NCBI GenBank assembly: GCA_010093605.1
Contig: MU004195.1
Location: 1,069,566-1,133,565 of the forward strand
DNA length: 64,000 bases
DNA from: Lophium mytilinum
Lineage: Eukaryota
Direction of reading: 5' to 3'
The translations under genes were made by a program, and so were the position numbers. The notes under the pieces are model-generated. The model was not told the origin of the DNA. It did no database searches and saw only the letters and a program-made list of their open reading frames with translations. Of the stretch, positions 11,501 to 22,329 are shown in pieces (the stretch's first letter is position 1; each line of letters opens with the position of its first letter).

Positions 11501-13187
11501 AGGTCAGGTGGAAAGCCTGAGGAGCGCAAGGACACATATCAAAGCTTTGGGCAGCCCTCCGTGCAGAGGGATATCCCCGGAGCATTCCCTGGCGACACGA
11601 ACTCTCCACTTCAAGCAGAGCCAACAGGCGAGAGCTCGTTCAGTGACCGAAGCAAGAACAGCAACCTCCAGCCAAATCGGTCGGACCCATTTGCCCAGAA
11701 CAAAGAACAACCTAAGGGCCCCGCTGCTGCGAAAGATGCTTTTGATGCCGCGTTCGCTGGGTTTGGAGGAGGTTCACGTCAGTTTCAAGAAAAGCAACAC
11801 ACTGGGTCATCGATCAACGGATCTGTGGATTCTGCGAACAAGTTCAACCAAGAGTTTCCACCTATTGAAGACATAGGCCATGATGATGAAAGCGATAGCA
11901 ATAGCGAGACAGGGTTTGCAGACAACTTCACGTCTGCATCGCCCCATCAGAATCGCCAAAACCAAAATCAAGGCTCTACTCAGTCAAGACCAAGTACAAG
12001 CGCGACTGGGGCCGATGCAACCAACGACTTCTTCGGGTCGACTAGGCCGTCAGCTATCACACAGGAATCTACAGCGACCCTACCCACCCCTGGTGCACAA
12101 AAGTCTCCTCCGACGTACGACCAGACTATGGGTCCTTCTAGAAGCGGGACAAGAGATTCGAATCAATTCCCACCTGAGTTTGGTGGTCTCCTTCCTGCCC
12201 GCACCGATCCTACCTCCTCTCCTCCACAGCCTTCTCAATCTCCGGAGAAGAGCTTCAGTACTTCTTCCGCTGGTGGGCAAGGAGGCGCCCTATTCGGTGG
12301 TGGTTCTACCTCTAAGGCCACTTCCTCTGCACCAACAACTGCATTCTCTGCATCGCCACCCCCAGCTGACACACCAGTCTCGACCGTCCCATCCGATGCG
12401 TACCATTCTGCCACCTCTTACCCAAGTGGTGGTGACAACAAGGGGCCGTCACCTACCGCGCACCCTCCCCAAACCTCAAAGCCCTCGTTCAACGACGACT
12501 TTGATTCCGGCTTCGACGACCTGTCCGAAGCGAAAGAGGCCGACGATAAGACCGACGATGACTTCATGCTTGGCTCGCACCACCGCGACGGCCTGGACGA
12601 GTTCAATCCTGTCTTCGACTCCCCCGCGGCTTCCAAGTCTAACACGATGCAATCGCAACAAACGCCCACTGGTAAGCCCGGTCACAGCGGAGAGAACAGC
12701 TTCAGCGACTTTGAGCACCTCTCGCAGAGCTTCGGACAAGCTGGGTCCCAATCCCTATCCCAATCCCAACAAGCGCCTCAGCAGCCGCAGGCCAAGCAAA
12801 GCCAAGACTGGGACGCCATTTTTTCGAGCCTGGACGCGCCACCGAACGAGAAGGCGCTCGGGCAAGGGGAGCAGCCGGGCAAATCCGTGTTTGACACCTT
12901 TGGGGTCGACGCGGAGGAGGCTTCGGGTTCTGGGTCGCAGTCCAAGCAGCCTCAGATGCCGCAGCTTGGGCGGGCGCTCAGCGCAGGTACTGAACACGAC
13001 GATCCTATCTTGAAGAAGCTGACGGGTATGGGATATCCCAGAGAGCAAGCATTAGGGGCGCTTGAGAAGTTTGACTACGATATCAATATGGTGAGTAGAT
13101 ACCTTGCGGCTGAATAGTCGGGGTCTATGGGAAAGCAGTCACTGACACAAGGTATAGGCGGCGGATTATCTGACGTCCGGTCAATGA
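8511..13187 (+). CDS. EDE1: EH-domain/UBA endocytic adaptor Ede1 (Eps15-like)
   Basis: Three EH domains (IWQIAD, IWNLAD, IWDLAD), a coiled coil, NPF/DPF motifs and a C-terminal UBA (LTGMGYPREQALGALEKFDYDINMAADYL). Introns near 8539, 8879, 9122 and 13091. Confidence 0.95.
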
Positions 13188-13841
13188 AAATGAGCAGAGG
13201 GGGGAGCTGTGAGGAGGGGAAAATATTTAATGATGTGTTGGCGGGTTGTTGTTTTGTTGAGAGTTTTGTTGTAGCATACTTGCCCTTCTTTTTTCTAGTT
13301 TCATAAGCTCGTTCAGACAGTATTGCACGGATGGCTTTCGTCTTATGTCGTTCCTTTGCGTCTCTTTCTTTTGTGAGAGCGAGCTAGCGAAAGCGATGGA
13401 AAGCGAGCATATTGGAACGGTCCTTTTTCGCGGAAGAGAGACTTGTTGTGATGGAGAAGTGTATACACACGAGCTTGTTAAACGTAATTTGGTTTGGTAT
13501 GCGGAGGCGGTTAGGGAGAGGGGAGGCTGCATATAGTTGGTTGTAGGTGTGCTTGTGTTCTATTGATGATGTCTTTTCGGTGAGCTACGTTCTGGTACTT
13601 GTCTCGTGATGTTGTTGATTATTTGGTGGATATAGGGACGTCGCTATCATCGATTTTATTTCAAAAGAAGTCATACGTAACTGCGGGAAAGATTATGAGG
13701 AAAGGAAACGAGTTTCTTGCGGTCAACAGTCTTTCTTATATGATATATCAATCACCATCATGAAAAAAACATAACACCCGTTCTATCTCTCGAAATCACC
13801 ACTGACGGTTCCTTGGCATCCACACGCACATCATCCTTTTC

Positions 13842-14792
13842 TTACTCCCGAACGAGGACGTAGGTCACCCGAGCCGAGGTATCTGGGTAGGTCAGGTGAG
13901 TTGTATCCTCCCCCTCAACCTCCAAATTAGAAAGTACGCTCCAATAGTTCTGGCCTCCTCCACCCAGGTCCTCCTTCTCCTTCTCTCTTTTCTCCTTCTT
14001 TCGCCCAGGACAAACAATAGCCCGCTCCAACACCGTCGTCGAATCCTCCTCGTCCGTCTGTCCCCACCCAACCACATTCACCGTCACCCTCCCCTTCGTC
14101 CTCCGCCACAGCTTCGCCGACCCCCGCTGCACGAATGCTAGCACGGGCTGCAACACGCACCGCCGGTTGGCCCACTCGGCCGGGTGCGAGAAGTCCAGCG
14201 TCACGGTATCCGTGTTCCGTGGCAAGCGCTCCAGCAGCGCCAGCCAATGGTCGAAGAAAGTCATTCCCATCTCGTCTGCATCCAACCACAGTAGTGAGTG
14301 CATCAGACACGGATGAGAAGAATGGAATCTCGATGGGACCAATCGTGCTCTAGCGCAGTCGCTGGCGGCGGAGAAGATACTAAGGTGGAAGTTGCGGAGG
14401 GGTGTCCCATCCGGGTTTTTTGGGGTGTCGAGGATGGCGGAGAAGGCGCCGAGATTGCAGACTTCGAGTGGGGTTTGGCGCGAGAGGGTGGAGAGGGACT
14501 CGGCGCGGAGCTGGCGGGAGATGGCGAGGAGGGGGATGGGGCGGTAGGTGTGTTCTGAGCTCGTGTTTAGGGGGTACGGCGCTTTGGGATATAGGCCGAC
14601 TGGTGTGACTTTTCGGGTGTCGGCTGGGTCCCTGGAGATAGGGAGCGCGTATGCGTCTGGCAGGGCGTGGAAGAGGATCTTGTCGCGGAGCTCTCTGGGC
14701 AGGGCCATGAGACCTTTGAGGGCTTTTGGGTTGGTCATGGTGGTGTTGTTGGCTGAGTTGGCGTTGCTGTCTGAGCTGGCGTTGTTGGCCAT
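13842..14792 (-). CDS. F-box-like (LxxLPxELR) protein of unknown function
   Basis: 316-aa intronless ORF with LMALPRELRDKILFHAL and PLLAISRQLRAE motifs, typical of fungal F-box-like/2EXR-like families. Confidence 0.7.
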   Translation of the reverse strand: MANNASSDSNANSANNTTMTNPKALKGLMALPRELRDKILFHALPDAYALPISRDPADTRKVTPVGLYPKAPYPLNTSSEHTYRPIPLLAISRQLRAESLSTLSRQTPLEVCNLGAFSAILDTPKNPDGTPLRNFHLSIFSAASDCARARLVPSRFHSSHPCLMHSLLWLDADEMGMTFFDHWLALLERLPRNTDTVTLDFSHPAEWANRRCVLQPVLAFVQRGSAKLWRRTKGRVTVNVVGWGQTDEEDSTTVLERAIVCPGRKKEKREKEKEDLGGGGQNYWSVLSNLEVEGEDTTHLTYPDTSARVTYVLVRE

Positions 14793-14916
14793 GGAGGTGT
14801 TTTTGGCTATGGTAGTGTCGTTGACTATAGTGTGAGGTGGAAAGAGAGCAGAGCTGTCGACGGTGTAGGACTAAGAAAATAGCTGGGAGGTCTTAGGTGT
14901 TATATATAGGAATTTC

Positions 14917-14950
14917 GCCGCTCTGATGCCGCTCTGATGCCGCTCTGATG
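14917..14950. repeat. Tandem 11-mer (GCCGCTCTGAT) x3
   Basis: Three perfect adjacent copies upstream of the 13842-14792 gene. Confidence 0.9.
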
Positions 14951-15778
14951 ATGCGGTGGGCTGGCGTTCTGTGGGCAAGCTACATGTTGCGGTAGCATGC
15001 AGCAAACGGACAATGACTTTACCATGGTAAGGTATCCACATCTTATGGTCACATCTATTGATTTCGAGTTTCTTTGATCGTGGCTTCCGATGGATGGAAA
15101 TGTGGGTACAGCCCAATCAGATGGCTTGGTTGAGTCCACTGCCAGAATATTCCCTGGTACTATAGTGATCGCTACCACAGGCTGCAAGACTTGGAGAAAT
15201 GAGTGGCCGGTAAGCATTGTTTCTTGAGAGCGCATTTTCTGATTTAGAGCTTTTTCAGGCTTCTGTCGCGAAACAAACAAGATGGCATATCGAGTCTAGG
15301 GCTCTTGAAAAGTTTCTTCTTGAAGTACAGAAAAAGTCTCAAGCTCGTCGTCGATTAGCTACCCGACTCACCTTATTTCTCATCTTCTTCTCCAACGGCA
15401 GTAATATTCGCTGAATGAATCTTACGGCGGCTAACATGGTCTCCGTATTTTTCCACGCTGTAGACAATAAAGGTTGTGGCGCGATATTCCATGTCATGGT
15501 CACCGTGTTAGCGTAACATAGTAGACACTAAAGAGCCTTTTGACCGGTTTTTCACCTACTAGGCAGTGGCCCTCTCACAGTATTGTCGATGTGATCAAAG
15601 ACGGAGCTCAACTCTCAGGTAGTGATGTTGTATTAACTTCATTAGTTCTCCATATCGCTCATGATGCCAAAGTTGACATGATGCAAATCAGACTACCTCT
15701 TGCCCGGGCGGCTAACCTACTACTATCCAGGACACCTCTCATGATTCCGTCGAGTGATCAGAGGCGGGGCTTGAGGTC

Positions 15779-17062
15779 CTAAGGCTCGAGTCCGTACTTG
15801 GTTAAGAGCTCCCTGCGCTCGGCGAGATAATATTCTGGGCTGAGACTGCCATCGTCGTCAGGCTCGTACAAAGGCAGGTGAATGAGACTCTTGCCCTTTG
15901 AATCTCGCACGTTGATATTTGCGCCTCCTTCTATAAGGATGCGTGCGTAATGAAGCGAGTGTGAAGTGATAGCCTCCTGCAAAGTCGTCATGCCCTGGTA
16001 ACTACGGGCCTCGAGGTCAAGTGTGCCGGAGATGAGACGGGTCCAGGTCCCCGCGTAGTCTTCTGTGAGCTCTACAGCTTCGTGGATGGGAAGATTACCT
16101 TCCGGCAACCCGTCTTGGTACTCCCCTAGCTCATCTCTCACGTTCGTATCGACCCCATAGTCGAGGAGGTACTCTGACTTCTTTGGATGGACACCCAGTT
16201 TAAGGGTCTCGAATAGGGGTAAGACTAGCTTCGCGTCGGGGAGGGCGGGGCCCTGGCAATTAGGGTCTGCGCCGTGCTTCAGCAGCTCGAGGACTACGCT
16301 GGGTGGAAATTCGGAATTGAAACAGGCTGTGTGGAGCACGGTTGTCAAGCGCGTGCCACCGTCTACGGAGTTGTAGTCCAGGACCTGCCTGGTCCGAGGG
16401 GGCTGCCAGTGGATATCCGCCCCCGCTTCGATGAGAAGCCTAAGAATGTCGCCATTCCTAGCTCGAAAGGTGTAAGGTACATCCGTACGAGGGTGGTACT
16501 CAGCATAATAGCCCACGTCCTTTGACAAGCCCATAGGATCTGCGCCCAGCTGTAGCAATCCTTGGACCACTTGGAGCTCTTCCTCGTTCACGGCCCATCC
16601 ACATTCACACCACTGTCCGTGTTCGCACTCGGCCTTGGGGCGTTTATTGAGCTTGTGTGGCACGCGGTCTAGATAAACACCAAAGACGCTTGTTACCTGG
16701 TCCTTGTTCAAGGGTGCGGGCGCATTACTGGCGTAGTCGACGAGTTTCTTGATAACATCGGAGGGGGCGAATTCAAAGGCCCAATCTAACGCATTCCAGC
16801 GGGCACCCTCCTCAATATCGACGGCATTGTGGCGGAGGAGGTAATCCACGAGGTGTTTACGCTTCCACGTGAGTGCGTAATCCAGGGTGGTCCCTCCCTT
16901 GCTAGCCCCCTCCGGCCTCCATGAGAGAGCGCGCTTGTGGAGCTCGTGTTGAAGGCGCCTGTTGAGCAGCGAGTGGGTTCTGATAAGATGGGCAAGATCC
17001 GCGTTGTCGCAGTAGCTAACGACCTCCAGATGCAACTCCATAGGCAGGGCGAGGAACGACAT
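15779..17062 (-). CDS. F-box-like plus ankyrin-repeat protein (paralog A), intronless
   Basis: MSFLALPMELHLEVVSYC F-box-like start. Ankyrin repeats such as LLIEAGADIH, TVLHTAC..LLKHGADPN and TTLQEAI..LIEGGANINVRD. Confidence 0.85.
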   Translation of the reverse strand: MSFLALPMELHLEVVSYCDNADLAHLIRTHSLLNRRLQHELHKRALSWRPEGASKGGTTLDYALTWKRKHLVDYLLRHNAVDIEEGARWNALDWAFEFAPSDVIKKLVDYASNAPAPLNKDQVTSVFGVYLDRVPHKLNKRPKAECEHGQWCECGWAVNEEELQVVQGLLQLGADPMGLSKDVGYYAEYHPRTDVPYTFRARNGDILRLLIEAGADIHWQPPRTRQVLDYNSVDGGTRLTTVLHTACFNSEFPPSVVLELLKHGADPNCQGPALPDAKLVLPLFETLKLGVHPKKSEYLLDYGVDTNVRDELGEYQDGLPEGNLPIHEAVELTEDYAGTWTRLISGTLDLEARSYQGMTTLQEAITSHSLHYARILIEGGANINVRDSKGKSLIHLPLYEPDDDGSLSPEYYLAERRELLTKYGLEP

Positions 17063-17715
17063 TTTGGTGATATGGTGGGATGGTGGTGGTGGGAGATGAT
17101 GTGTGGGTAACTGATAATAAAGAATTTCGTGCCAGAGATGGTCTTTTATATGCGGAGCTGGGGGGTTCCATGGTGAATCCGCCGGAGCTGCCAGCTTCGT
17201 CAACTTAATCGCAATCCGGCACCGCCCAAGATGGCCTGGTGAATTATCAGATTCGCCCAAATCGTCCTAGCAATGTACGTGTGTATGTACATACCAGGGC
17301 CTCTAACGCGCTGTTAGGCAATCTTACACAGGCCTGGAGCGATTGGAAATTTATATTATAGGAGGTTTTCGAACACAATGACAGACTCGTGACCGTCGCT
17401 CCTCCAAGGACAGCGTGCAGTTTTGTTGCATCCAGGTCGTAGTAACTGACTGTAGGTGGAAGATGAGCTAATATACAGGAACACACCTAAGTATGCTACC
17501 GTGATTTCTTACTGTAGTGGTTGTTACAATCCAACAAGTATTACGCCACTGTGATCTTGCTCGTTCCCCATCACCATCTGGAGTAGCTCCGCTGTCAGGT
17601 GATCTGCAGTTCAAAAGGTAGCCGAAATCCCATGGTATCAAATACTACTTCTCGTTTGGACTTTCATAACCTACGGGGGTACATCGAAGAGCCGCAAACA
17701 ATTGTGCACAGACTT

Positions 17716-19674
17716 TTAGCAAAGGATCGCTTGACTAAGTGCTCTTCCGGAAAATTGTGAGGTTGGATCTGTTTTATCCCGAGTCCAGCCATCACTCACG
17801 CCCCAGCGTTGAAAGTATCTGTCAAGGGATGTCTGGAGCACGTCCTCTGCACTGCTCATGCAGTCGACACCTTCACTCCGGGTGCTGCTATGAATATGCC
17901 TCAGCGCGGCGCGAGCGATATACGGGTACATTGGAGGCATGGCATCAATCGGTTGCGTCGCTGTGTTGGCAGGAGACGCCGCGACGAGGGTCTCGGCGAT
18001 TTCGACAACCATCTTCGTGGCGGTGTCAAGCACCCCTAGCGATCTCTTGTACCACTCCTCCAGTGGTATGAAGTTGGCTCTGACAGCCTGCGGGTCTAGG
18101 TTGAGAATGTGCCAGTGTAATGTGAATAGCGCCCTATTTTTGGAGCGTTAGGGCTGCCTAGTAAAGCTGCCCAAACGAAAATTGGGGGAGCAGAAGAAGC
18201 GAGTGAGAGCGACGGGCTGACCTAATAGCGATATTTATTGCTGCACAAGAAAGGACACCCGACTGCCCCTGGGCTTGCGACATAACCAAGGACAGAAAGG
18301 CTTGGATATTGGTATCTAGCCTGTCAAGCAGAAGCAGTCGAGAATCAATGTCGGCAGTGTCAAAGCCTTTGAGAACCTGATCCAGAAGACAAGTCGCTTG
18401 GGCTGTCCGACCAAAACCTCCTACCTTTAGCGACGTCAGACAGGACACGGGGATGTTTGGTAGGGACTCTGGCTCTAATATGTCGAGCTGGTCGAGGACA
18501 TGGGATTCGATCGGCAGTCGAGGATCTCTACCAGGAAAGCGAGCAACCAGCGGTTGGTCGAGAACTGCCGCCTCGCTGAAGAAGGCTCTGTCACCAGCAC
18601 GGTGTTACTTTGATTTGCTTCCATGATTTGTCAAGCATACTAAGAGAAACATACCGCTCGTAGATAACGATCCCCCACCACGTGTTTGCTGCTTCTTCAG
18701 CTTGCAGCAGGATGTCACCATTCGTATTGTGACTGGCTGCAGGTGTCATCTGCGTCTGATAGTTGTCGCGGGCGTGTATACGTGCGGCATAGGCCATTCG
18801 CGCACTGCCTGCGATGGTGACGAATGCATCCTCCGCCCGGCCATGTGTGTACTCATAAATGGCTAGCAAAAGACCGGCTTGGATCAGAGGGATGGAGGAT
18901 GAGCAAGAAACCTGAACCTGCGCGAAGAGAGACTTCGCAGGCAAATAGAGTGACTGCTGCTTGACGGATTGATTGACATCATGTTTAGGTTGATATCCTA
19001 GTGCAGGGGCGTGTGTGATAAGGCAGATAGTCAGTAGCAAGACGGAGAAGTCGGCAGCTGGGGTTACTCCTAGCGTGATGAGGTTGTTGTAGAAGCGTAT
19101 ACGGGAGATGATAGGCAGGTGGCGATGAAAATCCTGGAAATAGCGGGCGCTGATGTCGTCTACAAACTGACCGGTCGCACGAATGATGCCATGGACCTCG
19201 GAATACACTTGACTTCTGATTCCTGGTGATTAGCCAAGTGCTTATACATGGAGTAAACCAAGAGAGCGAAGCACTTCGATAGCCAAAGTCTAATTATAGA
19301 AAGAGAGATCTTGAAAAGGGCAACTAAACTCGGGGACCTCGTCTGTAGTCTGGTTTGAAAGCAAATTTGAGGACAGGATCGTGTCAGAGGAGACGATTTT
19401 CAAGCGCTGCCGTGTACCCGAACTCAGTGCAGCATAGTGATTGTTGACGGTAGGGGTAGCATGATTCCGCGACCTTGGGATTAGAGCATAAACACAATCC
19501 AGCTCTTTCCTATCCTGCTGGTTAGCATTGCCAAGTGATGAGGGCTTGGGCGAGTAACTGGATGCAATAGCCGCAAGACGGCAACGACTTGTTACACTTC
19601 TTCTTCCGAGTCTTACACATCACACACGCCTGGGTGGCTCGAGCTGTACGCAGTCGACCGCCGTCGGCCGCCAT
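17716..19674 (-). CDS. Zn(II)2Cys6 fungal transcription factor
   Basis: CVMCKTRKKKCNKSLPSCGYCIQKELDC after removing intron 19510-19558. Fungal TF middle-homology region (YFQDFHRHLPIIS, NTWWGIVIYER). Four introns. Confidence 0.85.
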
Positions 19675-19825
19675 TGTCGGGGACCGCTGGGCTAGCCTCG
19701 ATAGTCCTAGAGATGCTCCGAATGTGTGCACCGGGTGATATTGATAAAACTGTATATGGCTGACAAATGTCTAAGCCAATTCCAAGGTTGTTGACGAATC
19801 GGTGTTGGGTTGTGTCTGGTGATGT

Positions 19826-19863
19826 TGTCGGATTACACTGTCGGGCTTGTCGGCCGCTGTCGG
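19826..19863. promoter_or_regulatory. Cluster of four TGTCGG elements in the divergent TF/amidohydrolase promoter (putative Zn2Cys6 binding sites)
   Basis: TGTCGG at 19826, 19839, 19848 and 19858, plus 19675 and an inverted copy at 19982. CGG triplets are the usual Zn2Cys6 half-sites. Confidence 0.5.
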
Positions 19864-20287
19864 GTGCTAAGCTTAGAACGGCACAACGTCAGTACATCCA
19901 GTCCCTGTACTCAGCACGCTATGTTTTAACCTTGGAAGCATATGTCGTGTCTCAGCGTATGAAAATTCGCTAAGGGGCAACCCGACAGCCCGTTTAGACC
20001 CATAATTACTTGGATAGGCCTAAATGATCAACTAGCGTGACAAGTGATGTGTTTGATATTGAAAGACCGTATGGTAGACTCAGAAGAATTGACTTGAAGG
20101 CGGCTCGAGAATTTTGTAGCTTATGATGGAGTATAAAAGTTGGATACCACCACTTCCTTTTCTGAAATCGTAATTGCACCTCTCGTCAGCAAGTACGAAG
20201 TAAATCATTTATAAACCAGACGAAAGCTTGTCCATCTAGTATACAGGATTATCGTGCGTAAAAAGTAGAATCAGCATTCTTCCCATA

Positions 20288-21679
20288 ATGGCACCAATCT
20301 GCTTCATCCTTTCCGACGTGCGCATTTTCACCGGCACCGACACCATCGAGTCCGGCTATGTTGTCGTTAAGGACGGCCTCATCTCCGCTGTGTCTGCTGG
20401 CCCAGCACCAGCAGACGCTGATGTTCAAATCATCTCTAAGCCAGGCTACACGGTCCTTCCCGGCTTCATCGACGCCCACATGCACGCCGACAAGGGACAG
20501 GAACTCGCACTGTACCAGTCCCTCGCATTCGGCGTCACCACCGTCATGGACATGCACAATGAGACAGTCAACGTGCACAAGCTAAAGAAACTCGCAGCTG
20601 AGAAGAAAGACAAGGCCGCCGACTTCAAGGCCGCCGGTGTGGCTGCGACTATCGATGGCGGATGGCCGATGCCTGTAGTGACGGCACACGACAAGAGCGA
20701 AGAGGTGAGGCTGATAATTTCCCCAAGGCAAACCCCTCGCGACCCCGATGCAGGGCTAACTCCAATCCCATAGACGGCTGCCGAAATCGCAACCTGGCCC
20801 AAACTGGCCTCTGTCGCCGACGCCGAAGCATATGTCGCACACAACCTCTCGCCCGCTGGCGGCGCTGACTATACCAAGCTGATGCACGAGTCCGGTGCGG
20901 CTTTGGGACAGCCCTTCCCCAAGCCATCGCTCGATATCCAGCAGGCTGTCATCACCGCAACCCATGCGGCAGGGCACGTCGCTGTTGCGCACTGCCTCGG
21001 GCGCGCCGACACGCTGGAAGTGCTGTCGCTAGGGATCAACGGGCTGGCGCACACGTTCCTCGACGAGCCCGTCAGTGAAGAGATCGTGGACGGGTACAAG
21101 AAGGCGGGGGCATGGTGCAGCCCGACGCTGTCGCTGTTGGGAAGCCTGACGAAAGAGGGAGCGGCGGTGGCGGAGCGGTTTGCGAACGATGTGCGGGTGA
21201 AGGGGAAGCTGACGGAGAAGGGCCATGCAAATCTGTGCCGTTGCATGGGGTTTTCGAGAGAGGGAGCCACGGTCGAGAATGCGTATGGGACGGTGCGGAG
21301 GTTGAAGGCCGAGGGGGTGCCGATTATTGTGTAAGTGATGGATGGCTGAAGATTGGTCGAGGTACTTTGTATCGTGCTGACGCTTCTTAGGGGGTCTGAT
21401 TCGGCTGGACCGGGGCTAGGCACCGCATGGGGTGTGACGTTCCACCACGAGCTGTATCTGCTTGTTAATGAGTGCGGCTTCTCGCCTAGGGAGGCTCTCC
21501 ATGCGGGAACAGCATTGACTGCTAAGCTCTTCGGCTGGAATGATCGAGGACGGATTGCACAAGGACTCAAAGCCGATCTTGTTATGGTTGAAGGAAACCC
21601 GTTGGATGATATTAATGCTACCCTCAGCATCAGGGGTGTCTGGCGTGACGGCATTCAGGCCAAGGACTTCCAGAAATAG
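20288..21679 (+). CDS. Metal-dependent amidohydrolase (Amidohydro_1 family)
   Basis: TVLPGFIDAHMH (HxH), YTKLMHE, VAHC, LAHT, GSDS and GRIAQGLKADLVMVEGNPL. Introns 20705-20773 and 21331-21390. Confidence 0.92.
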
Positions 21680-22329
21680 GCTGTGCGGCCAGGCAGATTG
21701 GATATGATATATCTGGGCATACATACTTACCACCGCCTAAGGTAACCCGGAAAGGTTTAAAGGCCTGTTAAAATGGTAATGTTTGAATGCGGAGAAAGGG
21801 TTGGGGAAATCCAAGCGGGCTTCAATCAATCAATTGATATCAGATAACGGCATCACCACAAGGGCCGATGTCAGCTTACCCATTCGAAATGGGGTAGACT
21901 TGAAAATGTGATCGCCTACAGTGACAGGCCATAAACCTGGGCACACTGGCTCACCAATGCTTGGGGTACCCCCATAAGACTTCCAAGATCCAGCGGCGAT
22001 GTCGAGGTTCAAGGACTAGAGATTAGACTATCTCTTGACTATCTGGCTGTTCAGTAACTAGGCTACCCCGAACAGTGGTGTCGAGGGAACAATTTGAAGC
22101 TAAGCAGGAATGAGTTCACGTGCCCAGACTTAGGGCCTAGCACTGTAAACATCACAGACCGTAAGACACATTGTAAAGAGGATGAGATGGGTTAAAGTTT
22201 GAGGATTTGACTATTACAGGAAAAAACTTGAGAGAGTTGAGAAAGTAGCATTCGAAAAGGCATTCAAAAAGAAAGGTGTCGGGAAGCTTCGAGTGAAGCA
22301 GACGACCTGGTCCGACCACATGAGCACTT

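Noticed and set aside
9705..13048. Long alternative-frame and antisense ORFs over EDE1 (e.g. 10983-11876, 11880-13013)
   Set aside because: Shadow ORFs of a GC-rich, low-complexity coding region with no recognisable motifs.
19223..19324. Zn2Cys6 gene as a pseudogene (in-frame stops and an AAGTC/AAGTG near-duplication)
   Set aside because: A 102-nt intron with a GTTGCC donor removes the stops and restores the frame, and the DAO gene uses the same donor. Some doubt remains without RNA data.
17100..22300. Transposon boundaries around the TF/amidohydrolase pair
   Set aside because: No terminal inverted repeats, target-site duplication or transposase remnant was found by eye.
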